From Ginglymostoma cirratum (lineage: Eukaryota): DNA of 64,000 nt. This document shows positions 12,725 through 24,799 of this stretch, in pieces. A program made the translations under genes and the position numbers. How positions within the stretch are numbered: the stretch's first letter is position 1; every line of letters begins with the position of its first letter. Below the pieces are notes generated by a model that searched no databases, had not been told where the DNA came from, and saw only the letters and a program-made list of their open reading frames with translations. The stretch lies in contig JAHRHZ010000111.1 of assembly GCA_024137785.1 (NCBI GenBank), positions 27,226,991-27,290,990 of the forward strand. Direction: 5' to 3'.

Positions 12725-15708
12725 AATTCATTCATGGAATGTGGGTGACATTGGCTGGGCCAGCATTTATTGCCTGTCCCTAATGCCCTTTACAGTGTGG
12801 TACTCAGCTGCCTTCTTGAACTGCTGCAGTCCATGTGCTGTAGGTAGGCCCTAAATGCCATTAGTCAGGGAATTCCAGGATTTTGGCCCAGCAACGGTGA
12901 ATACATTTCCAAATGAGGATGGTGAGTGGCTTGGAGGAAAACTTCAAGATGGTGGTGTTCATGTGTATCTGCTGGCCTTGTCCTTCCTGATGAAATGTTT
13001 GTGGGTTTGGAAGGTGCTATCCCAGGATCTTCAGCAAATTACTGCACTCCGTCTTGTAGATAGCATATACTGCTGCTACCGAGCACTGGTGGTAGAGGGA
13101 GTGGATGTTTATGGATGTGATGCCAATCAAGCAGGCTGCTTTGTCCTGGAAGGTGTCAAGCTTCTTGAGTGTTGCTGGAGCTGCACTCATCCAGGCAAGT
13201 GGAGAGTATTCCATTACATTCCCAACATGTGTTTTGTATGTGGTGGACAGGCTTTGAGTAGTCAGGAGGTGACTTATTCTCTGCAGTATTCCTTGCCTCT
13301 GACCTGCTCTTGTAGCCACTATATTTAGTGGGCGATTCAGTGATGGTAACACCATTGAATGTCAAAGGGCTATGGTTAGATTGCCTCTTACTGGAGATGG
13401 CCTTTGCCTGGCATTTGTGACGTGCGAATATTACTGCCACTTGTCAGCCCAAGTCTGGATATAGTCTAAATCATGATGCATTTGAACATGGACTGCTTCA
13501 GTATATGAGGAGTCATGAATGGTGCTGAACATTGTACAGTCATTGGTGAACATCCCCACTTCTGACCTTATGACGGAGGGAAGATAATTAATGAAGCCGC
13601 TGGAGATGGTTGGGCTAAGATACTACCCTGATGAACTCCTCCAGAGATATCCTGTGGCTGAAATGACTGACCTCCAACTACCGCAACCATCTTCCTATGT
13701 GCCAGGTATGACCTCCAACCAATACACAGACTTTTCCCCCTGATACCCATTGATTGCAGTTTCTCTAGGGCTCCTTGATGCCACACTTGGTTCAATGTGG
13801 CCTTGATGTCAAAGGCTGTCACTGTCACCTCACCTCTGGAATTCACTTCTTTTGTCCATGTTTGAACTAAGGCTGTAATGAGGTCAGGAGCTGAGTAGAC
13901 CTGGTGGAACCCAAACTAGACATTACCAAGCAGATTATGGCTGAGCAGATGCTGCTTGATAGCACTGTTGATGATGACGCCTTCTATCACTGATGATAAT
14001 TGAGAGTAGACTGATGGGCAATAGTTAGCCAGGTTAGATTTTTCCTGCTTTTAGTGTACAGGACATACTTGGGCAATTTTCCACATTGTCTGATAGATGC
14101 CAGTGTTGTAACTGTACCGAAAGAGCTTGGCTAGGGAAACATCAAGTTCTGGAGCACTAGTCTTCAGTACCAATGCCAGAGTGTTTCAGGGGTCATAGCC
14201 TTTTCAGTATTCAGTGCATCTAATCGTTTCTTAATATCACATTGAGTGAATTGAGTTGGTTGAAAACTGGCATCTGTGATGCTGGAGACTACTAGAGGAG
14301 GTCAAGAAAGATCATCCAATTGGCATTTCTGGCTGAAGATTGCAGAAAATGCTTCAACCTTACCTTTTGCACTGATGTGCTGGGCTTTCCCATCATTGGG
14401 GATGGGTATTTTATGGAGGCTCCCCCTCCAGTGAGTTGATTAACCATCTACTAACATCCATAACAGTATGTGGCAAGACTACAGAGCTTAGATCTAATCC
14501 ATTGGTTGTGGGATCATTTAGCTCTGAATATCACTTATTGTTTATGCTGTTTGGCATACAAGTAGGCCTGTTTGGTAGCTTCATCTGGCTGACACCTCAT
14601 TTTCTAGGCTTGCCTGGTGCTGTTCCTGGCATGCTCTCCTGCACACTCCATTGAACCAAGCTTGAACCCCTGGCATGATGGTAACGGTTGATTGGGGAGA
14701 TGCCAGGCCATGATGTTGCAGATTGTGCTGGAGTACAATTATGCTGCTGTTTATGGCCAACAGCACATCATGGATTGCCATCTGCTGCAGACCCTTTCTA
14801 GCAGCTACGTCCTTTAGGACCCAACTAGCTCAATATGTTGTATTGCTGCTGAGCCATTCTTGGTGGTGGACATTGAAATCCCCCACCCAGAGTAAATTTT
14901 GTGCCCTTGCCACCCTCAGTTTACCCTCTAAGTGTTGTTCAACATGGAGGAGTACTGATTAATCAGCTGAGAGAAGATGGTATATGGTGATCAGCAGCAC
15001 ATTTCTTTGTCCATGTTTGACCTGATGCCACAAAACATAAAGGTCTGGAGTCAATGTTGCAGACTCCCTGAGCAACTCTCTACTGTCTGTATACCACCGT
15101 GCCACCAACTTAACTGGGTCTGTCATGCCAGTGGGACAGATCATGTTCAGGGATGGTGATGGTGGTGGTCTCAGACATTGTTTGTAAGGTATGATTTCAT
15201 AAGTACGACTATGTCAGGCTTGACTAGGATGTGAAACAGTTCTCTCAATTTTGGCACTAGCCCCCAAATGCTGGTGAGGAGGATTTTGAAGTGTCAATGG
15301 AACTGTTTCCGCCATTTTTTCTAATGTCTAGATGCCAGGTGTTGCGGCTGGTTTTCTTTCTTTGTTGCTACTTTGTAGCAATTGATACAACTGAGTGCCT
15401 TGCCAGGCCATTTCAGAAGGCAGTTAAAAAGTCAACCACATTGTTGTGGGTGCTGGAGTCACATCTAGGCCAGACCAGAAGAGGATGACAGATTTCCTTA
15501 ACTAAAGGATATTAGTGAAACAGAGGGTTTCTCCCCCCACAATCAAATGTAGTTTCATAGACATCAGTAGATTTTTAATTCCAGGTATTTTGTTGACTTC
15601 AAATTCCACCATCTGCCATGCCTGGATTTGAACCTGGGTCCCTAGAATATTTGTTAAATTTCTGGATTAATAGTCTGGTGATAATGCCACTAGGTCATTT
15701 CCGCCCCC
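12725..15708 (-). mobile_element. Near full-length degraded CR1/L2-group LINE with a tRNA-derived 5' head, APE and RT
   Basis: ORF-track peptides AFDIKATLNQVWHQGALEKLQSMGIRG, GVHQGSIL, VMEYSPLAWM; APE N-terminus near 15280; A/B boxes at 15624-15700; 3' tail (atga)n. Confidence 0.8.
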
Positions 15709-15879
15709 ATTTTTTGAAAGTCTATATCTTTAAAGTTTCCTTGGCATTTCATTTGGTGTGACATTCCTGGGACTCTCTCCACAGACAGCCCCTGAATTTA
15801 CATCTGGATTCTCATTTAAAAATACATGTTAGCATTAAAGTTCAAGATGTCACTGAGTGATGCAGGGTTATGATCTGTG

Positions 15880-16610
15880 GCCATGACCATGCGACTGCAT
15901 TTCCTTACACCCTGCTTCCTTAAGGAATCTATTACATTCTTTCAATTTCTCTACTACCTTCATATCTGTTTGACTCATGCTACCTTTTGACATGTCTTCC
16001 ATTCTCCAAGGGCTCTCTTCACTGTGACGGACAAGGCCTTAATCTATGTCTAAACAATTTCCCACACTTCAGCCTTCACTGCCTGCGTTTCCTCACAGAA
16101 TCACAATAGCTTCCTCTTGTCCTCACTTTCCAAACACCATCTTCCGAGTCTGTAAGATCATCCTCCACTTTTTGTTTTGCCACTTCCACCTCCACCGATC
16201 ACAATTCTCCTCTCCTCCCCGTCTAAAGCATCTATGACACCTTGGCCCACTCCTCTATCATGCAAACACCTCATCTCTTCCTATAACACAATGCAATTCT
16301 TGGAGGTATTACACTTGGTCTATTATCTTGCCCCTTCTCGCTCTCCAAGGCGCCAAGCACTCATTTTGGGGTGAAGTAGCCATTTACTTCTACTTCTTCC
16401 AAATAGACTACCACATTAACAGCTCACAGTGGGGCCTCATCTACACTGGAGGGGCCAAATGCAGTTTGGGAGATCACTTTGCAGAACATCTCCACTCAGT
16501 TTGCAAGCATGACCCTGACCTTCTGGTTGCATGTCATTTTAAAACAGCATCTTGATTTCATGCCTAAACTTCAGACCTTGGTTTGCTTCAGCGAAGTTCA
16601 TCACAACCTG
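15880..16610 (+). mobile_element. Old Penelope-like fragment (RT C-terminus and GIY-YIG)
   Basis: Peptide GLIYTGGAKCSLGDHFAEHLHSV; collinear with 56620-57420. Confidence 0.7.
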
Positions 16611-17004
16611 GTGATTGAGAGTATTTTACAAAATAATTCCTTAAAGGTGGATACATATTATATCAATACAGGAAGTGCTTTCTGCCTCCATAGTTAATAG
16701 GTATCAATTCAGTAACTAGAGCTCCCTTCTGCATGCAGGATATACTTGGTTGTTGATACCTTTGACTGGGAGAAATTAACAAGTGTCATACTCCCCAGTG
16801 TCAATATTTCCCCTGATGAGCATAATCTTAAAGATTAAAAAAAATGACATTTGTATGATGCTATACATAATTTGCCGCAGTGCTTCACAGTAAATGAATA
16901 AAAGAATAGTCACTGTGGTGATGGACGAATTGTAGTTGCCAATTTACTCATAGCAAGCTCTGTAACTGCAATGAAGTAAGTAACCAGGTAAACAATTCTT
17001 GATG

Positions 17005-17126
17005 AGATAGTAGGAACTGGCGATGCTGGAGTCTGAGATAACAAGGTGGATGAACACAGCAGGCCAGGCAGCATCAGAGGAGCAGGAAAGCTGACGTTTT
17101 GGGTCTGGACCCTTCTTCAGAAAATG
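17005..17126 (-). mobile_element. Short family A pLTR insertion whose 5' end is at the hammerhead
   Basis: TSD ttcttgatg 16996-17004 / 17127-17135. Confidence 0.75.
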
Positions 17127-17240
17127 TTCTTGATGTCGGGATGAGAGATACATATTGACCAGGGCATTGAGAACTCCCCTATTCTTCTTGGAATAGGAAT
17201 CTTTTACATCCATGTGAGTGGGCAGGTGGATATCAGATTA

Positions 17241-17378
17241 GAGATAAAAGGTACTGCAGATGCTGGAGAATCCGAGACAACAAGCGTGGGGCTGGATGAA
17301 CACAGCAGGTCAAGCAGCATCATAGGAGCAGGAAAACTTTGTCAAGTTTCCCTGCCCCTATGATGCTGCTTGACCTGC
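17241..17378. mobile_element. Fold-back family A insertion inverted at the hammerhead cleavage site
   Basis: TSD tggatatcagatta 17227-17240 / 17379-17392; junction ggaaaactt-t-gtcaagtttcc. Confidence 0.85.
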
Positions 17379-17962
17379 TGGATATCAGATTAATTCCTCA
17401 CCCAAAGATGATACTCTGACAATACAGCTCTGTACTACAGTCAAATATCAAGCTTTTAAATGGGACCTAAACATCTTTATCGCTCAGAGGCAAGAAAGGG
17501 TCTGGAAGAGGCTGACACCTAACAGAGGTTGCAAGCATGCACAAAATTCCTCTCCCAACTACCAAATGATAGGTTTGACTTTCCCGGATAATGTTTACCA
17601 TCCTCTGGTTTATTGGCGATCTGGTAACCTCAGATTATAGGCTCCTCAGTCAATGCTTCTAATCTATAATGATGATATGTTAGAATAATTTTCTGAATCT
17701 GGCAATAGAGCCATGTTTACTGGCAGTTTAAATTACAAACTTTTGCATGTGGCGCATAATAATCCAAGCACTTAAATGAATGGCTGGAAAACCATATACG
17801 TAAAGTTTACATCTCTGAACTCTCTGAACTCATTACGAACATATTTCTATGAACATATTGTCACTTTCACCACCTATGCCTACTTATCCCACAACTCACT
17901 GTAATCCCTTCAATTTACTTTCTGACTCTGCAGCCCCAAAATGTTCTAGTCAATATACCCGG

Positions 17963-18520
17963 GGTACTGCGTACAGTTTTGGTCTCCTTACTTGAGAAAG
18001 GACATGCTGGCACTGGAGGGGGTGCAGAGGGGGTTCACTAGGTTGATTCCGGAGTTGACAGGGTTGGCTTACGAGGAGAGACTGAGTAGACTGGGATTAT
18101 ATTCATTGGAATTTAGAAGATTTGGTGGGGTTATCTTATAGAAACATATAAAATTACGAAGGGAATATATAAGATAGAAGCAGGGAAGATGCTTCTACTG
18201 GTGGGTGAAACTAGAACAAGAGGACATAGCCTCCAAATTAGAGGGAGCAGAATTAGGACTGAACTGAGGAGGAACTTCTTTACCCAAAGGATTGTGAATC
18301 TGTGGAATTCCCTGCCCAGTGAAGTAGTTGAGGCTTCCTTATTGCATGTTTTTAAAGCTAAGATTGTTAATTTCTTGAACAGTAAAGGAATTAAGGGTTA
18401 TTGTGAGAGGGTGGGTGAGCGGAGCTGAGGCCATGAAAAGATCAGCCATGATCTTATTGAATGGCAGAGCGGGATCGAAGAGCCAGGTGGCCTACTCCTG
18501 CTCCTGGTTCTTATTTCTTG
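17963..18520 (+). mobile_element. CR1 LINE 3' end
   Basis: Peptide RTRGHSLQIRGSRIRTELRRNFFTQRIVNLWNSLP is the CR1 ORF2 C-terminus; tail ttcttatttcttg. Confidence 0.85.
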
Positions 18521-18678
18521 TACCTCACTGGGTTATCATGCTGGAAATCAAGTCATCACAAAAGTCAAAGGTTTTATAAAAGTATGAGAAATTACACAAA
18601 TTATCTGCCTTTTAAAACCAAGTTAATGGAAAGCACAGACCAGGTTTCTGGACTTAACAAGAGTTACAATTTGTTAAA

Positions 18679-18815
18679 GAGATAACAAGCATGGGGCTGG
18701 ATGAGCACAGCAGGTCAAGCAGCATCATAGGAGCAGGAAAACTTGACGTTTTGGGCCTAGACCCTTCATCAGAAAAAAAAAAAAAATTTTTCTGATGAAA
18801 GGTCTAGGCCCGAAA
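18679..18815. mobile_element. Family A pLTR fold-back with back-to-back hammerhead cores joined by an A/T run
   Basis: gggcctagacccttcatcag-(a)n-ttttt-ctgatgaaaggtctaggcccgaaa. Confidence 0.7.
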
Positions 18816-18989
18816 AAAAACAGTTTAACTAGAAATAAACAATTAGAAACTGTCAACATATAACTCTATCAGTCAAAACTAACCCACTTGTAAAAGTCCT
18901 CCCATACACACACATGAGGGGAGGCAGAGATAGACACAAAAAACAGAGTGTTATGGGTGGAGAGAAAGGCAGGAAGGCAGTTCAGTAGT

Positions 18990-19127
18990 TCTGAAGAAGG
19001 GTCACCCGACACAAAACACTAACTCTGTTTTATTCTTCACAGATACTGCCAGACCTGCTGACCTTTTCCGGCAACTTCTGTTTTTGTTCCTGATTTACAG
19101 CATCCACAGTTCTTTCGGTTTTTATTT
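18990..19127 (+). mobile_element. Short family B pLTR insertion starting at the hammerhead
   Basis: TSD aggcagttcagtagt 18975-18989 / aggcagttcaatagt 19128-19142. Confidence 0.8.
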
Positions 19128-20179
19128 AGGCAGTTCAATAGTCCATGTCCACAAGGTCTTTGTTGAGATGACCTTTTGCTGATCAGCACACAGCTTTTTA
19201 ATTTTACTTCTCCAAGTACTTTCAATAGTTTGCTTGAGACACAGTGTGACTGGTTCACACTTATAAATGTATCTGACTTATTATTTAAAGTCACATCTTA
19301 CAGGAAATAAACTAACTTTTTATTTCAGGCTTGAGATGCTTTTTACTGCAGAGAATTGATAGTTCTTTCCCTTAAGAATTCCAATGGCTTCTGCCTTGAA
19401 CATTGATAACCATAAGCCGTTCAGCTACCTGGGAGCCAATCATATCATTGTTGTCAGGCAGAAAGTCTTCATCACTAATAACGGGTCAACATGTCACAGA
19501 CAAATCAACTACTTGTTATTGGCCAAATCTCCATTTATCTGCAGCCTCCTGGCTTCAGCTCATTGGTAGGCTTACCCCATTGCTTGAACCTATGGCTGTG
19601 TAAACAGCACTTACAATGAACGTCAGGTAACTTTGGCAAAATGCAGCAATCCTTCAACAATTCTTGTTTCTTAAATCATTCCTTTTTCCATTTCAACCCG
19701 CAACAAAAAAAAACATTAAAAGGCCTTTATATCAGAATGAAAATCTCTACAATATGTTTCCTTGGCTTCCTGTAGCTTTGACAAAGTCAGTCACATTATG
19801 CTCATTCCATGCCAGTCCTGTGTTGTCCTGCTTGGTGGATATATCTATGGGATCACAATGTTAATGGCAGCCTCCATTCTTGACACCTTCTCTCTGGTCG
19901 TGACTTCCAAGAAGCCATCCTTGAGAGCTCAATTTAAATATGAACCGCATCCAGGCTCCAGTGTCAGGAGATCCTTGAGTGGTCCACCAGTCACCACACA
20001 CCTTTGCAATGTGAGCATTGCTGAGGGGGTTGCTTCAGGAGATCAGGAACATCAGAAGTAATGAGCAGCATTTATAGATTTTAAATTTTCTTTATGGCTG
20101 GCAACAAATGATTTATGATTAAATGATTAATCTCTTATGATTAAACTGGCATTGCAAATGAAATATGCCTGTCATCTTT

Positions 20180-20390
20180 TTTGATCTTTCATGCAATGTG
20201 GGCGTCACAGATCAGCATTTTTCACACTTTCTTAATTGCCCTTGAACTGAAAGACTTGCTATATATGACTTGATAAGAGTCAATGACATTGCTGAGGGTC
20301 ATAAATGAAAAGCAACATAATCTTAACCCTCATGGCTTTCAAATACAATTTAGTTATAATTGTTATTGTAGGTTTAGTTTATATTGGAGT
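20180..20390 (-). mobile_element. Bipartite SINE: 5' and 3' ends of the 12725-15708 LINE joined directly
   Basis: 20188-20243 matches 12731-12790; 20244-20300 matches 15389-15450. Confidence 0.55.
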
Positions 20391-22404
20391 GCCAGACTAT
20401 TGATTGATTTTTATCAGAACTCTGAGGATTGACTGGGGGTTGTGGGAGGGGATGTGTGGGATGGAGTGCCCATCATCTCTCCATTGCACCCCAATTGTAC
20501 CTGCAGCAGTAAGGATGGAAGCCTGCCAGTTGGATTGGGGGGTTGGCTTTCCACAGAGGACACTCTGAGGACCTCCCCACCTCAACCCCTCTCCCACTTG
20601 ACAAGAGCCAATGGGATCAACTACTCTAAGGGTCTCCTTCATCACCACTTGCCCCCCTTCCAAAGTTGGGGGATGGTGAAATTCTTCCATGGCAGACTCT
20701 CCTTTCAAGTATAATCCCAAGAGCGACCACTGCTCTTGGTGGCACCACTGAGACAGCAGTTCCTGGGGCAAGCAGTTATGCATGACTGGTACAGCTATCC
20801 TGAAGGCCATCAAGTTGTTGCCTGACCCCCAAAATGCACATTCCCAGGTTGAGGTTGGGGCCGGTTTCCCCTTTGCTCCTAGGCCCGTCATTGGGGCCCA
20901 CACTGCAAGAATAGAATTGTGGCTTAAATATCTGGCGAACACATGGCCTGTAAATCTGAGCAAAAAAAACCCAGGAAACTAAACAGCCTGACGATTGTTG
21001 GTGTCCAATTGCCCGAAAGGCACTCAACCAATCAGATTGTTAGACTGTTCCAGTTCAGCAACTTGAACCAGCAAAATGACCTCAAGACCCCTCCCCACCC
21101 CCACTGGATTTAAGAAACTAAGTTTGCGATGGAGCAGCCAGCAGCAGTCAGTTTTTCAACAGCTTACCCTTCAATTGTTTGCTGTCATTACTTTTACCGC
21201 TATTTGGTATCCCCGGCAGTTAATGTTAAGAATTTTTTTGGAATGCTCTGCTGATATTTTGATCCCTGGAATTCAATGATCCGACAATTGGAATTAAGCA
21301 TGGTTGAATATAATTGACTTTGGCTCAATTATATTTATTTATGAAACTTTCTAAAGTAGAACAGTCCCATTTTAAATGTCAGTTATTTTAAGTGTTCTCT
21401 CTGAATACAATGTGGCAGAGGTAACAACCTAAATGGCACTTCCTTTATAAATTTGATAATATTAAAAAACCAACAGAAAATGATTATACACAATATTCAT
21501 ACACAATAATTTACATTCTTCACAAACACTGATAACATTTTCCAAAATCTCAAATTTTATAAAGGGAATAGAACTTGATCCTAGGAAGGTTAAGTGTTGT
21601 ATGGCAGGAAGTAAATGTGGCCAAGAACTTCAGAGAGACTGTCCCATTCAGGAACCTTGCATTCTTTGTTGCCATGCCTTTGAAGTTGGGAGATTGAGTT
21701 AGGTCCTGTTGCAGAGGGGCCATGTCTTCTGAAAGTGGATCTGTCTGGGTTAAATAGGTTCCTTGGCTTAGGGGTTAATCAGGGTAAGCAAACAGAGCCT
21801 TTCTGTATATAACAACTGTAATGAGATTCTTCATATTTGGTGGGGGGGAGCAAAGCGACTGAGCTGCAGCACTTTGATGTTGATTGACAGCAGTGGGCTG
21901 AACTCACTTGGTACCCTTGCTCCACATTCTGTGGGTCAAACGTCTGTGTGAGGGTACCTGACAGAGTGTGGACTTCAACGACATTCTGTATGTTACTTTT
22001 ATCAAAACCAGAAACAATCTGTAGGATGTTTTATAACTTTTGTGCTCTGCCAGGTCCTGAAATGGGGATATGATAATATGAAAGGGAAAGTCAAATAAGA
22101 TCTTTCACTAGTACACAGGCACATTTTTTCTGTCTTGTATTTATGCAAGGGGAATAATGAATTCAGCTTGATGTTTTTTGTATGTTTCTACAATTATAGT
22201 TATTACAATCTGGAGGAAAACATTTTTTGATGATTAAATGAAAGGGAAGGAATAAGTAGTAGTTAATTATAGAGTTTTGCTGTTCACAGAAACAATATTA
22301 CACCACAGATTGTTCTCAAAAGAAAGTAAGAAAAGCTTGAGTTTATTTTGCAACTCACCATGCCTCCACAAAGCTTCCTAATGAATTGGCTCATTGTTGT
22401 TATG

Positions 22405-22745
22405 TGGTTCCACTCCAGAGAACTGAACACATCAACCAGGTTGACAGCACTATAGTACAGCATTGAGGGAATGTTATATTATCAGACAGGATGTTAAACT
22501 GAGCCTGTTAATTATTCTACAGTACCATAGTAGATGGAAGATGGAATCAGCATGCCCTAGTCAATATTTTATCCTTACCAGAGCCAAAACATGGTACCTG
22601 ATCATCATTGATGTTAGTGGGATCTTGCTGTAAGTTAAAACTGTTCCTACATTCCACCAGTAAATGCATTGCAAAGACACTTCATTGGCTGAAAAGTGAT
22701 TTGTAATGTGCTGAAATAGATATAATTCCAATTAATTTCTTTCTA
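22405..22745 (+). mobile_element. Deu-domain SINE
   Basis: gtacagcattgagggaatg, tgggatcttgctgt, cttcattggctg motifs. Confidence 0.6.
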
Positions 22746-23299
22746 GCACATAATGTAAAACCATATACTTATATTTCCTTTATCTTTGGACGGTGGACTG
22801 AAGAAAAGGAAGATACTGCTTTAAACCAAGGAAAATGTGCAAGGTTGAGATGGTTGCAGTTTTAAGTATCATGTTTACTGGAGCACATGGTGAATTGTGT
22901 GCAACGTGATTTGTTTCTAGAGCAGAAGCAGACACCAAGGAGTTGATGGGTTCTGCAAGATGAGTAATCTGTTAGCATCAGCTTTCTGATTGGCTCTTGA
23001 CCTGGCAACCACGGTGCATGTGTGGGGGCAGAATCAAAAACATTTCTCTCTGTGTATCCCTCTCTTGTGTGGAGGTACCAGAAAGTCTCCAGTAACAGCT
23101 AACAGTCTTCCACATTGTTTTATACCTCTAAATTCCCCGTTGAAGCAGGAATAAAACATTTTGAAAGTTAGTGAAAGAACAAGTTTTCAGCCACTGAATG
23201 AAAGAGAGCATTCATGTGCAAACAAACTTCTCCCAAAGGTGAGGAAATAAAAGGAATTGGAAGAAACCAAAGGAAAACAACTCATTCGCTTCACCCCAC

Positions 23300-23475
23300 T
23301 ACCATTGCATAAATGCTGCCCTCTCCACACTTCACATCAGCTCTGATGAAGAATCATCTAGACTCGAACCATTAGCTTGCCTTCTCCTCATGGATGCTGC
23401 CTGACCCTTGATTTCCAGCATTTCTTTTTGTTTTCAGTACAGATTCCAGCATCTGCAATAATTTGCTCTTTCGTC
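23300..23475 (+). mobile_element. Old Penelope pLTR fragment with a degenerate hammerhead
   Basis: agct-CTGATGA-agaatcatctagactc-GAAC-cattagct; tail ttccagcatctgca. Confidence 0.6.
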
Positions 23476-23829
23476 AACCCTGTGTTCCAGACTGGGGCTA
23501 TCGAGCTCTGTTTATCCTATGTTTCTTTCCTTTTTCCAGCCTTTATATCCATTGTCTTGTCTGTCTTTGCATATCTGACTGCTTGTTCAGGGAGAATTTA
23601 AAAGTCATAAGTTAGCAATTTCTATTTCCTAGTTGCCCTTGGTTAAAGACTTTTTTTTTCATAATTAACAGTTACTTTCTTGTTATGCATAGAAACATGG
23701 CAAGTGTTTTCTTTCAATCTAAGTTCATCAGTCAGGAAGATTGGGAACATTAGATAGCTCAACTAAATCTTTTCACATCTACCCAGAGAATCATAATTGT
23801 GAAGCTAGCAGATGTTGTGTGATTTAAAA

Positions 23830-24050
23830 TCAAATGCACAGCAATGAGATGAATGGCCAATTAATGTCTTTTTGGTGAGATTTGTTAAGGTATCAAATGT
23901 AGGCAAAAGATCAGGAGAATTAATGCTGTTCTACAGATTGTGCCATGGGATCTCTGAATGTTCTTCTGAGCCAGCAATACAGCTCTTGGCTAGTTTCTCC
24001 ATTTGAATGATGACACATCTGATAATGCAGCATTTCATTTCATTGCTGCA
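23830..24050 (-). mobile_element. Deu-domain SINE fragment
   Basis: acagcaatgagat, gtgccatgggatct, tctgataatgcagca. Confidence 0.55.
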
Positions 24051-24109
24051 TTTCCTGGAGCATCAGTTCAAATTTCATTCAAGCTTCAAACACAGAGCTG
24101 ATTCTACAT

Positions 24110-24799
24110 GAGAGATAAAAGGTACTGCAGATGCTGGAGAATCCGAGATAACAAGCATGGGGCTGGATGAACACAGCAGGTCAAGCAGCATCATAGGAGC
24201 AGGAAAACTTGACATTTCGGGCCTAAACCCTTCATCAGAAATGGTGGAGGGGAAGAGGGTTCTGAAATAAATAGGGAGGGAGGGCCATCCTTGGCCTCCT
24301 GCAATGCCACAGTGATGCCACCCGAAGGCTGCAGGAACAGCAAATCATATTCAGCCTGGGAACCCTGCAGCCCAATGGCATCAATGTGGATTTCACAAGC
24401 TTCAAAATCTCCCCACCCCCAACCGCATCCCAAAACCAGCCCAGCTCATCTCCACCTCCCTAACCTGTTTTTCCTCGCACCTCAAGCCACACCCCCATCT
24501 CCTATCTACTAACATCATCCCGCCCCCTTGACCTGTCCGTCCTCCCTGGACTGACCTATCTCCTCCCTACCCCCCTACCTACACTCACCTTTACAAGCCT
24601 CTTCGACTTGTCTGCCTCCTCTCCACCTATCCTCTCCTCTATCCATCCTCTATCCACCTCCCCCTCTCTCCCTATTTATTTCAGAACCCTCTTCCCCTCC
24701 CCCATTTCTGATGAAGGGTCTAGGCCTGAAACGTCAAGTTTTCCTGCTCCTATGATGCTGCTTGACCTGCTGTCTTCATCCAGCCCCATGCTTGTTATC
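24110..24799. mobile_element. Fold-back Penelope insertion (family A) with GIY-YIG C-terminal remnant
   Basis: Inverted pLTR 24110-24280 versus 24660-24799; TSD gctgattctacat 24097-24109 / 24800-24812; hammerhead at 24704-24739. Confidence 0.9.

Larger units (their letters stand above)
16845..17495 (-). mobile_element. Deu-domain SINE (SacSINE1/AmnSINE1-like) carrying two nested PLE insertions
   Basis: gagaactcccctattcttctt...atcttttacatcca matches the recalled Deu domain in reverse. Confidence 0.65.

Noticed and set aside
16812-16835. CTGATGAG as another hammerhead core
   Set aside because: No stem II or GAAA follows
20397-20963. 188-aa minus-strand ORF
   Set aside because: Lies in GC-rich repeat-like DNA, with no recognisable domain or splice context
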